A stretch of 64,000 bases of DNA from Candidatus Latescibacterota bacterium (GCA_963736125.1 CAVTNQ010000005.1:64218-128217), one strand, 5' to 3'. Shown: positions 17,001 through 26,327, counted from the stretch's first letter. Program-made: numbers and translations. Notes: generated by a model from the sequence alone, not told the origin.

Positions 17001-19077
17001 ACACGTCTTCGAGAATGACGACTTTCCAGTTGTCGGCCGGGTCGATGACCTCGCGCGACTTCTCCAGCACGAAGCCCTTGCGCAGGTCGTCATAGTCGCG
17101 ACTCAAGTAAACGTAGGCCGTCCCCGACGACACGATCACGAGTCCGAACGCCGCGATGCCGACCGACACCAGGTCTTCGCGGTGCGCGACGCGGGGCGCA
17201 AACGCGACGAAGAGCAGCACGAGCGCGCCGACGACGAGCGGGTCCCATCGTCCCAGCACGACGCACGTCGCCCCCACGATCGCGAATCCCAACGCGCACG
17301 CCAGACCACGACGCGGTTCGCGCGCCCACCGAAACACCCCCCAGATCGCGAACACACCCGCCAGCACGATGCCGGTAACGATGAGGAAAATGCCGACGTG
17401 GAGTGTGACCACTCCGATGTCGGTGAGCGTCATGGTCTCGCCGAGGAGCCGCGGGTTCGCGTTGACGACTACGGTGTTGGTGAGCCGTCGCGCCAATTCG
17501 CACACCGAAAACGCGACGCCCGCGATGAAGACGGCGGACAGCGCCAGCTTCCAACGCGGACGGCCTTCGTCGCGCGGACGCGGCGACTCCGTGTTGGCAT
17601 CGGCGCGCACGATGCGAACCAGCCCGTACAGCGTCGCCACGAAGAAGAGTCCGGTGAGCGCCAGGTCGAAGGTGCTGCGCAACAGGCCGCCGAGCGTGGG
17701 GGTGGCGAACACCGATGGATCGAATAGGCGGCTGCGCGTCGCCGCCGAGTCGAAGGAGAGCAGCGCGTAGCGCAGGATCACCATGAACGCGGCGAAGAGC
17801 GCCGAGCGCGCGAGTACGTGGCGCGCGGTTCGCTCGCGCGGGACTCGTCGCATTGCGAGCGCGAGCATCGCGAAGAGGGCGAGCAGTGCCAGCACCTTGG
17901 CCCACAGCACGTGACGCGCGCCGCGCATGGCCGCGAAATGCGAGAACGGGTGGCTCACCGCCGTCGCGTTCATGAGCGGATTGCCGACGCGGCTTCGAAT
18001 CAAGACGCGACCTTGCAGCCCGGAGTCCTCGTCGCCCGCGATTTCGCCTTCGGTTTCGACGTTGTCCGGGAACGCGAAGTAGCTCAACACCGAGTCGCGC
18101 CGCGACGTCGCGGCGACGGCGGTGGTGGTGTCGGGCGTGGTGGCGACCGACGGCTGCGGGCGTTCGTGGGCCACGGCCAACCGGCGCGCGCGCGCGGCGC
18201 GTGCCTGGTCGCGCTGCGCTTGAAATCGCGCCAAGCGATCGGGGAGATTGCCGGTGGCGGGAAAGTAGTCAAAGCTCACGCGCGCCACGGCGGCGCTCGA
18301 GAAGCGATCGGCGAGACTCCGGCTCTTCAAGAAGCGGTTGTTGACGCGATAGTCGACCTCGAGCGGCATATCGATCAAAAGCGAGGCGGCGAGGGTACCG
18401 TCCGCGGACTTGAGCGGCACGACGTGGGACAGAATCTGGTAGAGCGAAACGCTGCGCGTGTAGAAAAGCTCGACTCCGCTCTTCGCGAACATCTGGTCGA
18501 GCGGTGCGAGCGTTTGCGGCCAGCCCGCCCATGCAATCCGTTCGCCGCCGGCGTCGAAGAGTTGGAGGCCGAGGGCCGCGCCGGGTACCAGCGAGTGGCC
18601 GCGTGCGGCCACGATCGCCAGCGAATCGAGCAGCGCGAATGCGGCCGGTCGGTCGGCGACGAGCGGGGTGTCGATAGCCGCGACGTAGGCCGCGACGCGC
18701 GTCGACATGGCCGTCGATGCATCCTCGAGGCGCGCCACGTCCCGGCCCACTTCGCCGAGAGTTTCCGCCACGTGGCGCGACGCGTCGCGACGCCAAGCCG
18801 CCTGCGCGCGCGTGTCGTTGCCCAGGTCGATCTCGAATAGCGCGAACGACGCGATCGTGAGCACGAGGGCGAACCACAGCCCGCGCGGCGTCGACCGCCG
18901 CCGCAGGACGACCGCCGTCACCGCGACCGCCAAGAGGATCGCGATCGCGACCAGCGGGACGCGCTCGGCTCCCGTCGGCGAGAGAAAGCGCCGGAAGAAA
19001 AGAGCGAGCCACGCGCCGAACCAAGCCAGCGCGGGCAGTATGGCCATAAAACGGGATGCTCGCATCGAACGTAGCAT
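14065..19077 (-). CDS. sensor histidine kinase, 1670 aa (polytopic N-terminal region, HAMP, PAS, HisKA, HATPase_c; NtrY-like core)
   Basis: The C-terminus carries the H-box (HEIKNPLTPI) and N, G1 and G2 boxes (DTGPGL, GTGLGLAICR). A HAMP segment (GDFNVRLREKGSDEIGMVASAFNEMTER) precedes a PAS-like segment. About 1100 aa of multi-TM sensor region lie N-terminal to that. Confidence 0.85.
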   Translation of the reverse strand: MLRSMRASRFMAILPALAWFGAWLALFFRRFLSPTGAERVPLVAIAILLAVAVTAVVLRRRSTPRGLWFALVLTIASFALFEIDLGNDTRAQAAWRRDASRHVAETLGEVGRDVARLEDASTAMSTRVAAYVAAIDTPLVADRPAAFALLDSLAIVAARGHSLVPGAALGLQLFDAGGERIAWAGWPQTLAPLDQMFAKSGVELFYTRSVSLYQILSHVVPLKSADGTLAASLLIDMPLEVDYRVNNRFLKSRSLADRFSSAAVARVSFDYFPATGNLPDRLARFQAQRDQARAARARRLAVAHERPQPSVATTPDTTTAVAATSRRDSVLSYFAFPDNVETEGEIAGDEDSGLQGRVLIRSRVGNPLMNATAVSHPFSHFAAMRGARHVLWAKVLALLALFAMLALAMRRVPRERTARHVLARSALFAAFMVILRYALLSFDSAATRSRLFDPSVFATPTLGGLLRSTFDLALTGLFFVATLYGLVRIVRADANTESPRPRDEGRPRWKLALSAVFIAGVAFSVCELARRLTNTVVVNANPRLLGETMTLTDIGVVTLHVGIFLIVTGIVLAGVFAIWGVFRWAREPRRGLACALGFAIVGATCVVLGRWDPLVVGALVLLFVAFAPRVAHREDLVSVGIAAFGLVIVSSGTAYVYLSRDYDDLRKGFVLEKSREVIDPADNWKVVILEDVLGDYSKRHEIRQALRMRSSPGVERLAFDLWADSPLSLLGYSCAIHVVTPADSAISEFSVDMPYRVRIDEGGERTDTPDRNEWAVLDLTRSTPQGEVRFYRGVLNVDESDLYENSDVPRILGKVIVDVPFFFESLELAARTGPRTPEVLRNVQEGSVAPRVEEPEALLLARVGRDRRVTESSSERLAVGSRVPEEILSRAVAQAWPILRSGSRSYRIVALPTSDRQQTLLAGFAVPSPPRHLLRWSTLLSLYLFFTLVILVAVVSLGAVPRLRDALPTLTPGRRLGFQQKLLASFLLVALVPAVILGLFSVNFIKERFVEENRDEATVKAFSARKALVNLLHGELQFFLERSDVDALLLPGSPSVRNLGGGRVAVLLDDAGVADKAPNLAVAGAIEDASSEDLMVARVDGVDYLGVFSAPLRVTGNGWRGSYYFYYARAIDESLLSEIAEQVGADVNVYADGALIASSRQGLLAGGFISASMNSDAFVEVSLLGSDRALVTERAGSYDFQVAYLPLDRWASGVGDAAASATWEKAPTRAALAVPLLFRPESYSMEIQRATSVVLGVFALLLAATIALGLVVARGVFEPLRELVAGTRRISRGDFNVRLREKGSDEIGMVASAFNEMTERIDASQRALEERRRYLEAILANIGAGVASTDASGRVRTVNAAAERITGVSAERAADQPAAELALRSPLFALLRDEAVAAFDSGEVEIDREGKTATVKFMRARLETEGRYFGTVLVFEDVTELIQSKKLSAWVEMARQIAHEIKNPLTPIRISTQFMRRAYEQKPADFERVFKEGTETILHQVDVLKRIASEFSSYGRMQQLHVKAQAVDPLVRRIVEPYEHNASGIRVVYENGASDAKVMADGEAVRKICANLIENAMEAMGQKGGELRVRCSETKHEDAPAIRISFRDTGPGLKDEVVARRLFEPYFSTKTTGTGLGLAICRTLSREMGGDVTIENVKGGVEAALLLRKA

Positions 19078-19112
19078 AGCCCACGCTCGAGGACGGGTCG
19101 AGCGCGGGACGA

Positions 19113-19655
19113 TCAGCGGATCGATTTGATCTCGTCGACTACCCAGCGCTCCTGGTCACCGTCGCGTTCGAGGTGGAGCGACACGTACACCTTGTCCTTG
19201 ATCAGCCGGCCGTCGTCGCTCTTCTGATATTGGCGCTCGGCGATGGCGAAAGTCTCGTTACCGTCGTCGCTCGGCTTTCGGTACTGCACGAACTCGAACT
19301 TACGGGTGAGCGTGTAGCGGAAGAGGTCCTTGAGGAGGTAATAGCTCTGGTTGCGGGAGAACGTGCCGCCGGATGGGCCCGTGCCCTGGACCGAAATCGC
19401 GACCTTCTGGCTGCCGAAATGCCGCAAGATCGGGTCGACATTGCCGGCGTTCCAACCGCGCTCGATGTCCGCGAAGACATCCATCGGGCCGGCGTTGTCG
19501 ACGTCCTTCTTGTCGGTCGACGCGTCCTGCGCCGCGACCGCTTCGCTCTTCTTGCCCGCGTCGGCGGTCGTCGGCGCGAGCCAGACGGCGAGCCCGGCAA
19601 GCGAGGCAAACAGAAGGAGTATTCGAAGGCGGGCTTTCATGGCGAACCGAATCAT
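19113..19655 (-). CDS. secreted NTF2-like (DUF4783-like) protein
   Basis: The signal peptide is MKARLRILLLFASLAGLAVWLAPTTADA. The NTF2-like pattern ADIERGWNAGNVDPILRHFG is present. It lies 36 nt upstream of the kinase gene on the same strand. Confidence 0.5.
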   Translation of the reverse strand: MIRFAMKARLRILLLFASLAGLAVWLAPTTADAGKKSEAVAAQDASTDKKDVDNAGPMDVFADIERGWNAGNVDPILRHFGSQKVAISVQGTGPSGGTFSRNQSYYLLKDLFRYTLTRKFEFVQYRKPSDDGNETFAIAERQYQKSDDGRLIKDKVYVSLHLERDGDQERWVVDEIKSIR

Positions 19656-19781
19656 CGGAGGAGAGCAATCGCCATGCCCTGACCTTATTTGTTCGTGGCT
19701 ATGAAGTTACGAGATCGCCCGGACGAGCGCCTGTCGCTCGGCGAGGACACCGGCGTCTCCGAAGGGGGACAAAGCGGAGGG

Positions 19782-20681
19782 TTACTTCGACTTCGCGGGG
19801 TGCCAGAGCTGCCACTCGAGGATGATCGGCGCGGCGATGAAAATCGACGAGTAGGTACCGGCCACGATGCCGACCGTCATCGCCAGCGAGAACTCGCGAA
19901 TCACATCGCCCCCGAACAGGAGCAACGCAATCAGTGTGAGCATGACGGTGCCGCTGGTGATGATCGTGCGCGAGAGCGTCTCGTTGATCGACCTGTTGAT
20001 CAGGGACCCAAGATCTTCGCGATGGCGAGGGCCCATGTGCTCGCGGATACGGTCGAAGACCACGACCGTGTCGGCCAGCGAATACCCGACGATGGTCAGG
20101 ATCGCGGCGATGCCGCTGATCGACATCTCGAGGCGGGCGAACGAGAAGAAGGCCAGCATGACCAGCACGTCGTGTGTGGTCGCGATGATCGCGGCCACGG
20201 CGAAGCGAAATTGGAAGCGCCACGAAATATAGATCAGAATTCCGATGAGCGAATAGAGCACGGCCCAAAACGCCGCCTTGCGCAACTCCGAACCGATCTT
20301 CGGCCCCACCGTCTCGACGCGACGCACGTCCACGGTCTGCCCGGAGATCCCGCTCGTCATGGCCGTCTTGATTTGAGCCGCCACTTCGCCGGCGTTGCCG
20401 ACGCGCTTCACCTTGATGAGATAGTTGGGCTCGTTGCCAAAGCGCGTGATCTCGGCGTCCTTGAAGCCGGCGTTCGACATGATCGATCGCACGTCCTGGA
20501 CCGGCACCGCGGTCTGCAGCCCGATTTCAACCAGCGCTCCGCCCTCGAAGTCGATCGAAGATTCCAGTCCCTTGTTGACGACGATCGAAATCGCACCCGC
20601 GAGAATGACGGCGGCGGAGACGAGCATCGCCCGGCGGCGAACTCTAACGAAGGCATAGTTGGCGTTCTCGAAGAAATGCAT
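19782..20681 (-). CDS. secF: protein translocase subunit SecF
   Basis: The 299-aa product has conserved SecF TM motifs (LAMTVGIVAGTYSSIFIAAP). It is adjacent to secD. Confidence 0.9.
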   Translation of the reverse strand: MHFFENANYAFVRVRRRAMLVSAAVILAGAISIVVNKGLESSIDFEGGALVEIGLQTAVPVQDVRSIMSNAGFKDAEITRFGNEPNYLIKVKRVGNAGEVAAQIKTAMTSGISGQTVDVRRVETVGPKIGSELRKAAFWAVLYSLIGILIYISWRFQFRFAVAAIIATTHDVLVMLAFFSFARLEMSISGIAAILTIVGYSLADTVVVFDRIREHMGPRHREDLGSLINRSINETLSRTIITSGTVMLTLIALLLFGGDVIREFSLAMTVGIVAGTYSSIFIAAPIILEWQLWHPAKSK

Positions 20682-20697
20682 GGTTGCTCCTAAGCCG

Positions 20698-22389
20698 TCA
20701 GATGCTCAAGCGTTCGACGTGACGCTTCGTCGTGTAGATGTCGTAGACGACGCGGGTGCACGTGAGTGCCGTGAACATGTTCGCGATGAGGCCGACGCTC
20801 AATGTGGTCGCGAAGCCTTTGATCGGTCCGGTACCGAATTGCCACAACACGAAGGCCGTGATGAGTGTCGTGACGTGCGAGTCCACGATGGTGTTGAAGG
20901 CGCGGTCGAAGCCGGCCTGAATCGCGGCGCGCACGGTCTTGCCGTGCTTGAGCTCCTCGCGAATACGCTCGAAGATAAGGACGTTCGCGTCCACCGACAT
21001 GCCGATCGTGAGCACGAGGCCCGCAATACCGGGCATGGTCAGAGTCGCGTGCAACGTCGCCATCACCGCCATCACGATGCCCATGTTGAGCACCATCGCG
21101 ATTGATGCCAGGACACCGGAAAGCCGGTAGTACCAAATCATGAAGAGCACGACGAGGACGAACCCGACCGTGGTCGCGCGCTTGCCGGCGTCGATCGAAT
21201 CCTTACCCAGCGTGGGGCCGATCGCTCGTTCCTCGACGATTTGGAAGGGTGCCGGAAGTGCTCCCGCGCGCAACACGATCGCGAGGTCGCCGGCTTCGTC
21301 GTCGCTGTCGAGGCCGGTGATGCGGCCCTCGCCGCTCGGAATCTTGCTCTGCACGACGGGCGCCGAGCGAACCTTGTCGTCCAATACGATGGCGATGCGA
21401 CGGCCGATGTTCTCACCCGTGAAGCGCGCGAACACGATCGCGCCCTGGCGATTCAACGTGAAGCCGACGTTCAGGCGGCTCGGGTCTTCGGGGTCGGGAC
21501 GCGTGATGGCGTTGACCAAGGCACTGCCGTCGAGGGTCGGCACCTTTTCGCACAAGTAGAGGATGCGGCCGCTGCCGCCTTCTTGCCGTGGGCGCGACTC
21601 GTGTCCCCACAGGAATTCCGAGTTCGACGGGATTGCGCGTTTCGCTTGATCGGTCGCGAGCAGTGCCGTCACCACTTCGACCTGGCGATCGTCGACGACC
21701 GCGCCGCCGTCGAAGATGGTCAAGAGATACGAGGTGAACGGGCGATCTTGCGACGCTTTCGGGAGCGGCACGCTGCCCTCTTCGGCGGCCGGCATGGTCG
21801 GCAGGAGCGAGTCGACGTCGGCGCCCGCGGGCGTCTTCGACGAAGCCGAAGCGGTCTTGGTGGTGTCGCTCGCCGCCTTGACGCCGGTCGTGTCGACGGT
21901 GGCACCGGTAACGGTGACGCCGCGCAAGTTACGGTCGAGGGACTGCAGCACGCGACTCATTTCGTCGGGCTCGCGGACGAGTCGGAATTGAAGCTGGGCC
22001 GTCTGGCCCAGGATGCGGTGCGCGCGCTCGACGTCCTCCAAGCCGGGCAACTCGACGATGATGCGCTTGTCGCCCTGCTGCTGGATGTTCGGCTCCGACA
22101 CGCCGAACTGGTCGATACGGTTGCGGTAGATCTTGATGGCCCGGTCCATGACGTCCTTGCGGGAGTTTTCGTCCAGCTTGGAGTCGTCGACTTCCATCAC
22201 GAGGTGGACGCCGCCCTGGAGGTCGAGGCCGAGCTTGAGGGCCTTCGCGCTGAATTTTTCGCGCTGCTCGGTCGTTAGCTGCGCGCGCTTTTCGGCCGAC
22301 ATCGAGTAGAAGCGGAAACTCGGGAATAGCGCGTAAATGCACCACGCCACGGTGGCGAAAATGAGGGCCAGCTTCCAGCGGACTTTCAT
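20698..22389 (-). CDS. secD: protein translocase subunit SecD
   Basis: The 563-aa product has N-terminal TM and periplasmic domains and the C-terminal SecD/F transporter region (LSVGLIANMFTALTCTRVVY). Confidence 0.9.
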   Translation of the reverse strand: MKVRWKLALIFATVAWCIYALFPSFRFYSMSAEKRAQLTTEQREKFSAKALKLGLDLQGGVHLVMEVDDSKLDENSRKDVMDRAIKIYRNRIDQFGVSEPNIQQQGDKRIIVELPGLEDVERAHRILGQTAQLQFRLVREPDEMSRVLQSLDRNLRGVTVTGATVDTTGVKAASDTTKTASASSKTPAGADVDSLLPTMPAAEEGSVPLPKASQDRPFTSYLLTIFDGGAVVDDRQVEVVTALLATDQAKRAIPSNSEFLWGHESRPRQEGGSGRILYLCEKVPTLDGSALVNAITRPDPEDPSRLNVGFTLNRQGAIVFARFTGENIGRRIAIVLDDKVRSAPVVQSKIPSGEGRITGLDSDDEAGDLAIVLRAGALPAPFQIVEERAIGPTLGKDSIDAGKRATTVGFVLVVLFMIWYYRLSGVLASIAMVLNMGIVMAVMATLHATLTMPGIAGLVLTIGMSVDANVLIFERIREELKHGKTVRAAIQAGFDRAFNTIVDSHVTTLITAFVLWQFGTGPIKGFATTLSVGLIANMFTALTCTRVVYDIYTTKRHVERLSI

Positions 22390-22482
22390 CGATACCTCTG
22401 CACCTAAGTCGTTCCGGAGATATAAGGCGCCCGTAGTTTTAGCGAGAATTCACGGAGGGCGTTTGGCCGGAAATAAGGGGCG

Positions 22483-22510
22483 ATTATACACGACCTCCGA
22501 AGCCCGTCAA
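22483..22510 (-). promoter_or_regulatory. near-consensus sigma70 promoter for secDF
   Basis: The minus strand reads TTGACG, a 16-nt spacer, then TATAAT. The -10 is the reverse complement of 22483-22488 and the -35 of 22505-22510. An AGAGGT SD lies 6 nt before the secD ATG. Confidence 0.6.
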
Positions 22511-22527
22511 CCGGCGACTTTGGCGGC

Positions 22528-23259
22528 CTAGACGCGGCCCATAAGGTGCAGCATGTCGCGAACGGCGCGGTCCATGCCGACCATGAGCGCCCGCGCGACG
22601 ATCGAGTGCCCGATGTTGACCTCTTCGAGGTACGGGACCGTGAGCAGCGGCGAGATGTTGTGGTAGTTGAGCCCGTGGCCGGCATGGACGCGCATGCCCA
22701 GGTGCCGAATGGCGTCGGCGGCTTCCTTGAGCTTCTTCAGCTCGCCGTCGCGACGATGCCGGGGCGCGTTCGCGTAGGCGCCGGTGTGCATCTCGACTGC
22801 GTCGAAGCGGAAGCGCGCGGCTTCGTGGATCTGCTTCAAGTCGGGGTCGAGGAACGCCGTCACTTCGATGCCGGCGTCCTTCAGGGTTGCGACCAACTCG
22901 CCCAGGCTCGGGCTCGCGTCGACCAGGTTCAACCCGCCTTCGGTGGTGATCTCTTCGCGCTTTTCGGGGACGATGCAGGCCGCGTCGGGTCGAAGCGCCA
23001 GTGCGATCTCCTGCATCTCCGCGGTCGCCGCCATCTCGAGGTTGAGTGCCGTCTTCACCACTTCGCGAATCAAGCGCACGTCGCGGTTCTGGATGTGACG
23101 GCGATCTTCGCGCAGATGAACCGTGATCTGGTCGGCGCCCGCCATCTCGGCCGCCACCGCCGCCGCGACCGGATCCGGTTCGACGGCTTTGCGCACCTGG
23201 CGCAACGTCGCCACGTGGTCGATGTTGACTCCGAGTCGAACGAACGTCTTGTCCATCAT
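22528..23259 (-). CDS. pdxJ: pyridoxine 5'-phosphate synthase
   Basis: MMDKTFVRLGVNIDHVATLRQ is the PdxJ N-terminal signature, with full-length similarity. The start ATG overlaps the upstream stop in an ATGA arrangement. Confidence 0.9.
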   Translation of the reverse strand: MMDKTFVRLGVNIDHVATLRQVRKAVEPDPVAAAVAAEMAGADQITVHLREDRRHIQNRDVRLIREVVKTALNLEMAATAEMQEIALALRPDAACIVPEKREEITTEGGLNLVDASPSLGELVATLKDAGIEVTAFLDPDLKQIHEAARFRFDAVEMHTGAYANAPRHRRDGELKKLKEAADAIRHLGMRVHAGHGLNYHNISPLLTVPYLEEVNIGHSIVARALMVGMDRAVRDMLHLMGRV

Positions 23260-24422
23260 CGCTTCTCCGATTCGATCAGGTCGCACAACGAAACCAACTC
23301 GACGTCGTTCGCGAGCAGGTACTCGTCGAGGCCGCGCAGCGATTCGAGCGTCCCCGCGTGCGGGTGCCCGATGCCGATCGCGTAGCCGCGCTTCTTCGCC
23401 GTCGCCACCAACTCGCGCAAGCGCGCATCGACGTCTTGGCGGCGGTCACCGGCGTCGTCGAGGAACTCGCTGTTCGTGGCGGCGGAGAGCCCCGCGGCGA
23501 CCGCCACATTATAGGCGACCGATTTGGGCGAAGTCAAAGAATCGAGGAAGAAGACGTCGTAATCCTTGAGGACCTTGCACACCGCGCGCATCACGCGTGC
23601 GTCGCCCGTCGCGCGCGAGCCTTGGTGGTTGTTGACACCGTCGACGCCGGGCAGGCTTTCCAAGTACTCGCCCACCAGCGACGCGATCTCCGCGTCCCCC
23701 ATGGCGACCGAGATCGGCTCGATATTCTGCGGGTAGTGCTGCTTCGCCTCCATCGGAAGGTGGAGCAGGACGCAGCGACCGCGCTTCTTCGCGTGCGCGA
23801 GGACGTCTCTCGAGTGACGGAGCTGCGGCAGAATCGACACCGTGAGGGGAAGATCGAGATCGAGAATCTCGCCCGCGACACCGTCGTCGGTGTAGCCCAG
23901 GTCGTCGATGACGATCGCGATCGTCGGCGTCTTGGGCGCGGGCCCTATCGCCGCAAGTGCCGCGGGTACCAATCGACGAATCGTGAGAACATGCGTGTCG
24001 CGCGTGTGCGTGCCGACCCGGAAGTCGAGTGTCCGACCGCCGTCGGTTTGTTCGCTGCTGCGCACCACACCGCCGACCGCGCGCGTCGCTTCCGTGAGCG
24101 CCACGTTGACCAAGAGCAGGTCGGTGCCGTCGTCGCACGGCAGGTCCCACACCGCCGGATCGCCTTCGCTGTGGACGCGAAGCTCGCGACGCAGCCCGAC
24201 TCCCTCCAGCGATCGCTTGAGCGTGATGCCGATTTCTCTCTCGACGCGCGGCATCGCACTCTCGACGCCGTGGTCGACCAGAAAGACGCCGCCGCGCGTG
24301 GTCTGCAGAAACTTCGTCGTCGCGCCACCGGCGAGGGCGAGAAAAACGAGCAGACCAATGAGAAGCTTCACGCGCTTGGGAGCGCGCTCATCTTTCGAAG
24401 AATTCTGGGAGCGACGCGGCAT
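23256..24422 (-). CDS. divergent polysaccharide deacetylase family protein (YibQ-like)
   Basis: The 388-aa product has an N-terminal TM helix, a NodB-like region (IAIVIDDLGY...HLPMEA) and C-terminal GIGHPH. Confidence 0.7.
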   Translation of the reverse strand: MPRRSQNSSKDERAPKRVKLLIGLLVFLALAGGATTKFLQTTRGGVFLVDHGVESAMPRVEREIGITLKRSLEGVGLRRELRVHSEGDPAVWDLPCDDGTDLLLVNVALTEATRAVGGVVRSSEQTDGGRTLDFRVGTHTRDTHVLTIRRLVPAALAAIGPAPKTPTIAIVIDDLGYTDDGVAGEILDLDLPLTVSILPQLRHSRDVLAHAKKRGRCVLLHLPMEAKQHYPQNIEPISVAMGDAEIASLVGEYLESLPGVDGVNNHQGSRATGDARVMRAVCKVLKDYDVFFLDSLTSPKSVAYNVAVAAGLSAATNSEFLDDAGDRRQDVDARLRELVATAKKRGYAIGIGHPHAGTLESLRGLDEYLLANDVELVSLCDLIESEKR

Positions 24423-24484
24423 GGGGTATTCGCCGCGCGAAGGTTATGGGCGTTGTCGGCGGGAGTCAACCAGAGTCGTTTTCA

Positions 24485-25678
24485 TCACCGGTAGAGTGCT
24501 TTGATCGCACCCCATGTTGCAGTCCGACTGCTTGCTGTCTGATGGATGCGAAACGTGGCCAGACCTCCGAGATCGCGCCATTCGACCAAGCGCCAATCCG
24601 GCGCGCCGTCGGTTCCCGCGTTGCGGACGGTGAACTGCGCTTTGGCGCCCTGCGCGGAACTGTAGGTCTGGCCCGGATCCATCTCGAACGTGAATGAGTA
24701 GACCAGGGTGGTCGTGTACCAAGTCTCCTCTGGTGCCACCTCGGGCACGACTGCTATCCACTGCGGATTGGTGGACTGAATATCGACCTGAACCGAGATG
24801 CACACTGGACCCGTCGTGGGTGTCGTGTTCGAAATGAACAGCGCCGTCGAGGTCGCGAGTTCGGTTGCGCGGTCCCATTGCTCGGGAATGTTTCCGCCGA
24901 CATCACCGGGAGAAAAGTAAAACGCGAAGTTGTCGTCGAGAAGTTCGTCGACCTGGTCCGGGAATCGCTGGTTCCAGGCCGACTCGAGGTTGTCCAGGAC
25001 TGCGCTCTTCGAAGTGAGCGGGGTGAATCCAGCATAGAGCGACTTCATCGCACCCAATGTGCGGGACTGCGTGCTTGCGGCGCGCGAATTCCCAGCCGAG
25101 GTGAGAAGGCCTTCTCCCAAGTCCCGACATTCCACCAAATGCCACACGCCTTCGACCTCGCGCACGGTGAGCTGCACCTTCGAGTTCGGCGGGTTGACGT
25201 ACGTCTGACCCGCTTCCATCTCGAACGTGGATGCGTAGGAAACCGTCGTCGTATACCGGACTTCCGCCGGTGTAGACGCCGTGGCGGGAACCGGCACTTC
25301 GATCCACGTCAGCTCGTCGTTCTGCAGGTCGAAGTAGACCCGTCGGCATACCGGCGCGGGCGGAATCGGCGTCGTCGTGTTCGATTCGAAGAGTCCCGTC
25401 GTGGCGGCGAGTTCGGTCGCCCGCCCCCAGGACGTTGGGAGTCCTCCGCGCACATCACCCGGCGAGAAGTAGAAAGCGAAGTTGTCGTCGAGGAGATCAT
25501 CGATCGCGCTCGGAGATCGCTGATTCCACGCGACCTCGATGTTGTTCACAACCGCCTCGCGCGAAGTGAGCGGAAGAATCTTCGGTGAGTTGTCGGGCGG
25601 TGGAGGCGAAGCGGGATCGTCACCGCACCCGGAAACGAACGCGAGAGAAAGCAGCAGAATGATTGCGAGGTTCTTCAT
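24485..25678 (-). CDS. NTF2-like lipoprotein, paralogue 1 (internally duplicated, two domains)
   Basis: MKNLAIILLLSLAFVSGCGDD is a lipobox signal. Two repeats of about 190 aa each contain NNIEVAWNQR...DDLLDDNFAFYFSPGDVGG...FTFEM...QFTVRN...WRLVEWRDLG. Confidence 0.7.
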   Translation of the reverse strand: MKNLAIILLLSLAFVSGCGDDPASPPPPDNSPKILPLTSREAVVNNIEVAWNQRSPSAIDDLLDDNFAFYFSPGDVRGGLPTSWGRATELAATTGLFESNTTTPIPPAPVCRRVYFDLQNDELTWIEVPVPATASTPAEVRYTTTVSYASTFEMEAGQTYVNPPNSKVQLTVREVEGVWHLVECRDLGEGLLTSAGNSRAASTQSRTLGAMKSLYAGFTPLTSKSAVLDNLESAWNQRFPDQVDELLDDNFAFYFSPGDVGGNIPEQWDRATELATSTALFISNTTPTTGPVCISVQVDIQSTNPQWIAVVPEVAPEETWYTTTLVYSFTFEMDPGQTYSSAQGAKAQFTVRNAGTDGAPDWRLVEWRDLGGLATFRIHQTASSRTATWGAIKALYR

Positions 25679-25691
25679 CGTGAAAACAAGG

Positions 25692-25722
25692 GAGAGGCAC
25701 CGGCGATTCGCCGGTGCCTCTC
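25692..25722 (-). terminator. perfect hairpin GAGAGGCACCGGCG-ATT-CGCCGGTGCCTCTC followed on the minus strand by UUGUUUUCAC (copy 1)
   Basis: It has a 14-bp GC-rich stem. It lies directly after the paralogue-2 stop and ends about 12 nt upstream of the ATG of paralogue 1. Confidence 0.5.
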
Positions 25723-25736
25723 GAGAAACTCGACGG

Positions 25737-26315
25737 CTACGTGTTTCCGAGATCGCGGAATTCGACCAGTTGCCAATGTGGGTCTGCGTCGGTTCCAACG
25801 TTGCGCACGGTGAACTGCGCTTTGGCATTGCCCTCGTTGGTATAGGTTTGGTCGGGCACCATTTCGAACGTGAACGTATAGGGGACCGTCGTCGCGTACC
25901 AGGTTTCGTCCGGGAATTGGTCTGGAATGACTGGGTCCCATTGGACGTTCTCGTACTGGAGGTCCATGTGGATCGACCGGCACTGAGGCCCCTGCGGACA
26001 ATCGATTGGCGGTCCGCCTTTCGACGTGAACAAACAGTTTGCGGACCTCATCTCACTCGCGCGGTCCCATTGCTCCGGAATCTCCCCGCCCACGTCACCG
26101 GGGGCGAAGTAGAACGTGAAGTTGTCGCCCAGCAGGTCGTCGTAGACGGCGGCATTCCGCGTGTTCCACGCGACCTCGATGTTGTTCAAAACAGCGACGC
26201 GCGACGTGAGAGCGAGAAGCTTCGGCGAATCGTCGGGCGGCGGCGTGACCGGATCGTCACCGCACCCGGAAACGAACGCGAGAGATAGCAGCAGAATGAT
26301 TGCGAGGTTCTTCAT
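25737..26315 (-). CDS. NTF2-like lipoprotein, paralogue 2 (single domain)
   Basis: The signal peptide and lipobox are identical to those of paralogue 1. The 193-aa product ends ...LVEFRDLGNT. Confidence 0.7.
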   Translation of the reverse strand: MKNLAIILLLSLAFVSGCGDDPVTPPPDDSPKLLALTSRVAVLNNIEVAWNTRNAAVYDDLLGDNFTFYFAPGDVGGEIPEQWDRASEMRSANCLFTSKGGPPIDCPQGPQCRSIHMDLQYENVQWDPVIPDQFPDETWYATTVPYTFTFEMVPDQTYTNEGNAKAQFTVRNVGTDADPHWQLVEFRDLGNT

Positions 26316-26327
26316 CGTGAAAACAAG

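Noticed and set aside
5693-17727. Very long antisense ORFs (e.g. 7131..9485 784 aa, 9651..12146 831 aa, 15652..17727 691 aa, 5693..6823 376 aa) opposite the DUF4175, TPR and kinase genes
   Set aside because: They have typical high-GC shadow-ORF composition (Arg/Gly/His/Leu/Val-rich, no motifs, alternative start codons). The opposite strand encodes recognisable domain-bearing proteins across the same intervals.
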